Assembly: GCA_013416795.1 (NCBI GenBank)
Contig: RQSC01000006.1
Span: 1 to 64,000, forward strand
DNA: 64,000 nt
Origin: Prasinococcaceae sp. CCMP 1430
Lineage: Eukaryota; Plantae; Prasinodermophyta
Reading direction: 5' to 3'
Numbering within the stretch: position 1 is the first letter of the stretch; every line of letters starts with the position of its first letter. Both the position numbers and the translations under genes were made by a program. Under the pieces are notes generated by a model. It was not told the DNA's origin, did not search any database, and worked only from the letters and a program-made list of their open reading frames with translations. Shown here one piece after another: positions 63,171 to 64,000 of this stretch.

Positions 63171-64000
63171 TTACTTCGGCATGGCGCTTCCTTCTTCGTC
63201 ACGCCTGGTTGATTCCGGTGGTTTGACCCTCCCATACATCGAGAGCCCCTCCGGCGGCACCCACGCGGCCTGCTTGCGCACCGACACCGGCGAGTCCTTG
63301 GTAACCTTGCCGTACAGAGTGAGTCCCTCCGGTGCGACGAAGGGCTCCCGCATACTCGCTTCCGTGTACGCTGCCGCGTTGCGTTCTGAGCTCTTAAGCG
63401 GCGAAATGCCACGCGCGCCAACCGACGTGCGCATTGATGCGGGCAGTTTGGTGGCGTCGAAGTCACCCCCGAGCCATCTGTGCGGTGCCGGTTGTCGGAG
63501 GGTGCGTGCGATGTCCACAGTAGTCTCATGCGGCCCCAGGAAGAGCGAGCGTGACCCCTCGATGGATCGATCCACCATGGCAATCCTTTCAGTACCGCCA
63601 TCGGCCCTGCGCTTGATGGTGGTGAGGCCGACCGTGCGTGGGGCGTCGTGCAGGATGGTGCTTGTCTTGTCGAGGCCCTCCACCACGCGATCAGGCTTGT
63701 TGGGCATAGACGTGTTCATGTGGACCGTATCAACCACAATCTTGTCTGCCCACGCCTTCTCCTCAGCCTCCCTGGCTAGCCGCTGCTCTTCGGCCAGACC
63801 GTCGCCTGTCAAGTGCACCGACTTGAATTTCTCGGGGTCAAGTTCAAAGAGGTTGCCCATGGGTACTCGCACCTTGAAATCATCTGCGTAAGCAATCGTG
63901 CCCCCGCCACGCGAGATGGTGAGGTTATGTAGCTCGTTTTCCACCCACTCCTGCTCTAGTTCCTCCGCGCGCGCCGCAGAGGGCTTCTTGGGGCACAGGT
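63171..64000 (-). CDS. Unknown protein, 3' part (open to the window edge)
   Basis: The frame stays open from 64000 (LCPKKPSAARAEELEQEWVENELHNL...) to the stop at 63171. Confidence 0.6.
   Translation of the reverse strand, partial: LCPKKPSAARAEELEQEWVENELHNLTISRGGGTIAYADDFKVRVPMGNLFELDPEKFKSVHLTGDGLAEEQRLAREAEEKAWADKIVVDTVHMNTSMPNKPDRVVEGLDKTSTILHDAPRTVGLTTIKRRADGGTERIAMVDRSIEGSRSLFLGPHETTVDIARTLRQPAPHRWLGGDFDATKLPASMRTSVGARGISPLKSSERNAAAYTEASMREPFVAPEGLTLYGKVTKDSPVSVRKQAAWVPPEGLSMYGRVKPPESTRRDEEGSAMPK

Overview
Gene-dense, very GC-rich eukaryotic nuclear DNA, most likely from a compact green alga (prasinophyte-like). Evidence: GT-AG introns with CTGAC/CTAAC-like branch points, TGTAA poly(A) signals, plant-type SEC22, plastid-type EF-P and DGDG synthase. 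About 31 protein-coding loci are arranged mostly head-to-head or tail-to-tail with short spacers. Recognisable genes: CDC45, MLH3, XPB, SEC22, delta-COP, GLE1, DGD1, EF-P, DNAL4, TCTEX1D2, LRRC34-like, an Elongin-B-like UBL, MATE, PfkB kinase, dual-specificity phosphatase, sterol desaturase-family, DUF1295, DUF3598, RFESD-type Rieske, nitroreductase and USP. A ~320-nt LSU rRNA fragment sits beside an assembly gap. No CRISPR array, tRNA or recognisable transposon was seen. The most interesting items are unusual domain architectures: (1) a transit-peptide ParB/sulfiredoxin-fold + quasi-RRM protein; (2) a Sec16 C-terminus + WW + Uso1/p115 C-terminus ORF next to SEC22; (3) Gle1 with its own FG-repeat tail; (4) a bicovalent-FAD oxidase fused to an SDR; (5) an Fe-ADH lacking two metal ligands; (6) bacterial-like beta-propeller hydrolase and AmiE-like serine hydrolase genes; (7) a Rieske/EF-P junction with no convincing stop, start or acceptor. 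The assembly has N gaps and a poly-G run at GC-rich 5' ends, so several gene starts are unresolved. All family calls come from motif recognition by eye, not from database searches.
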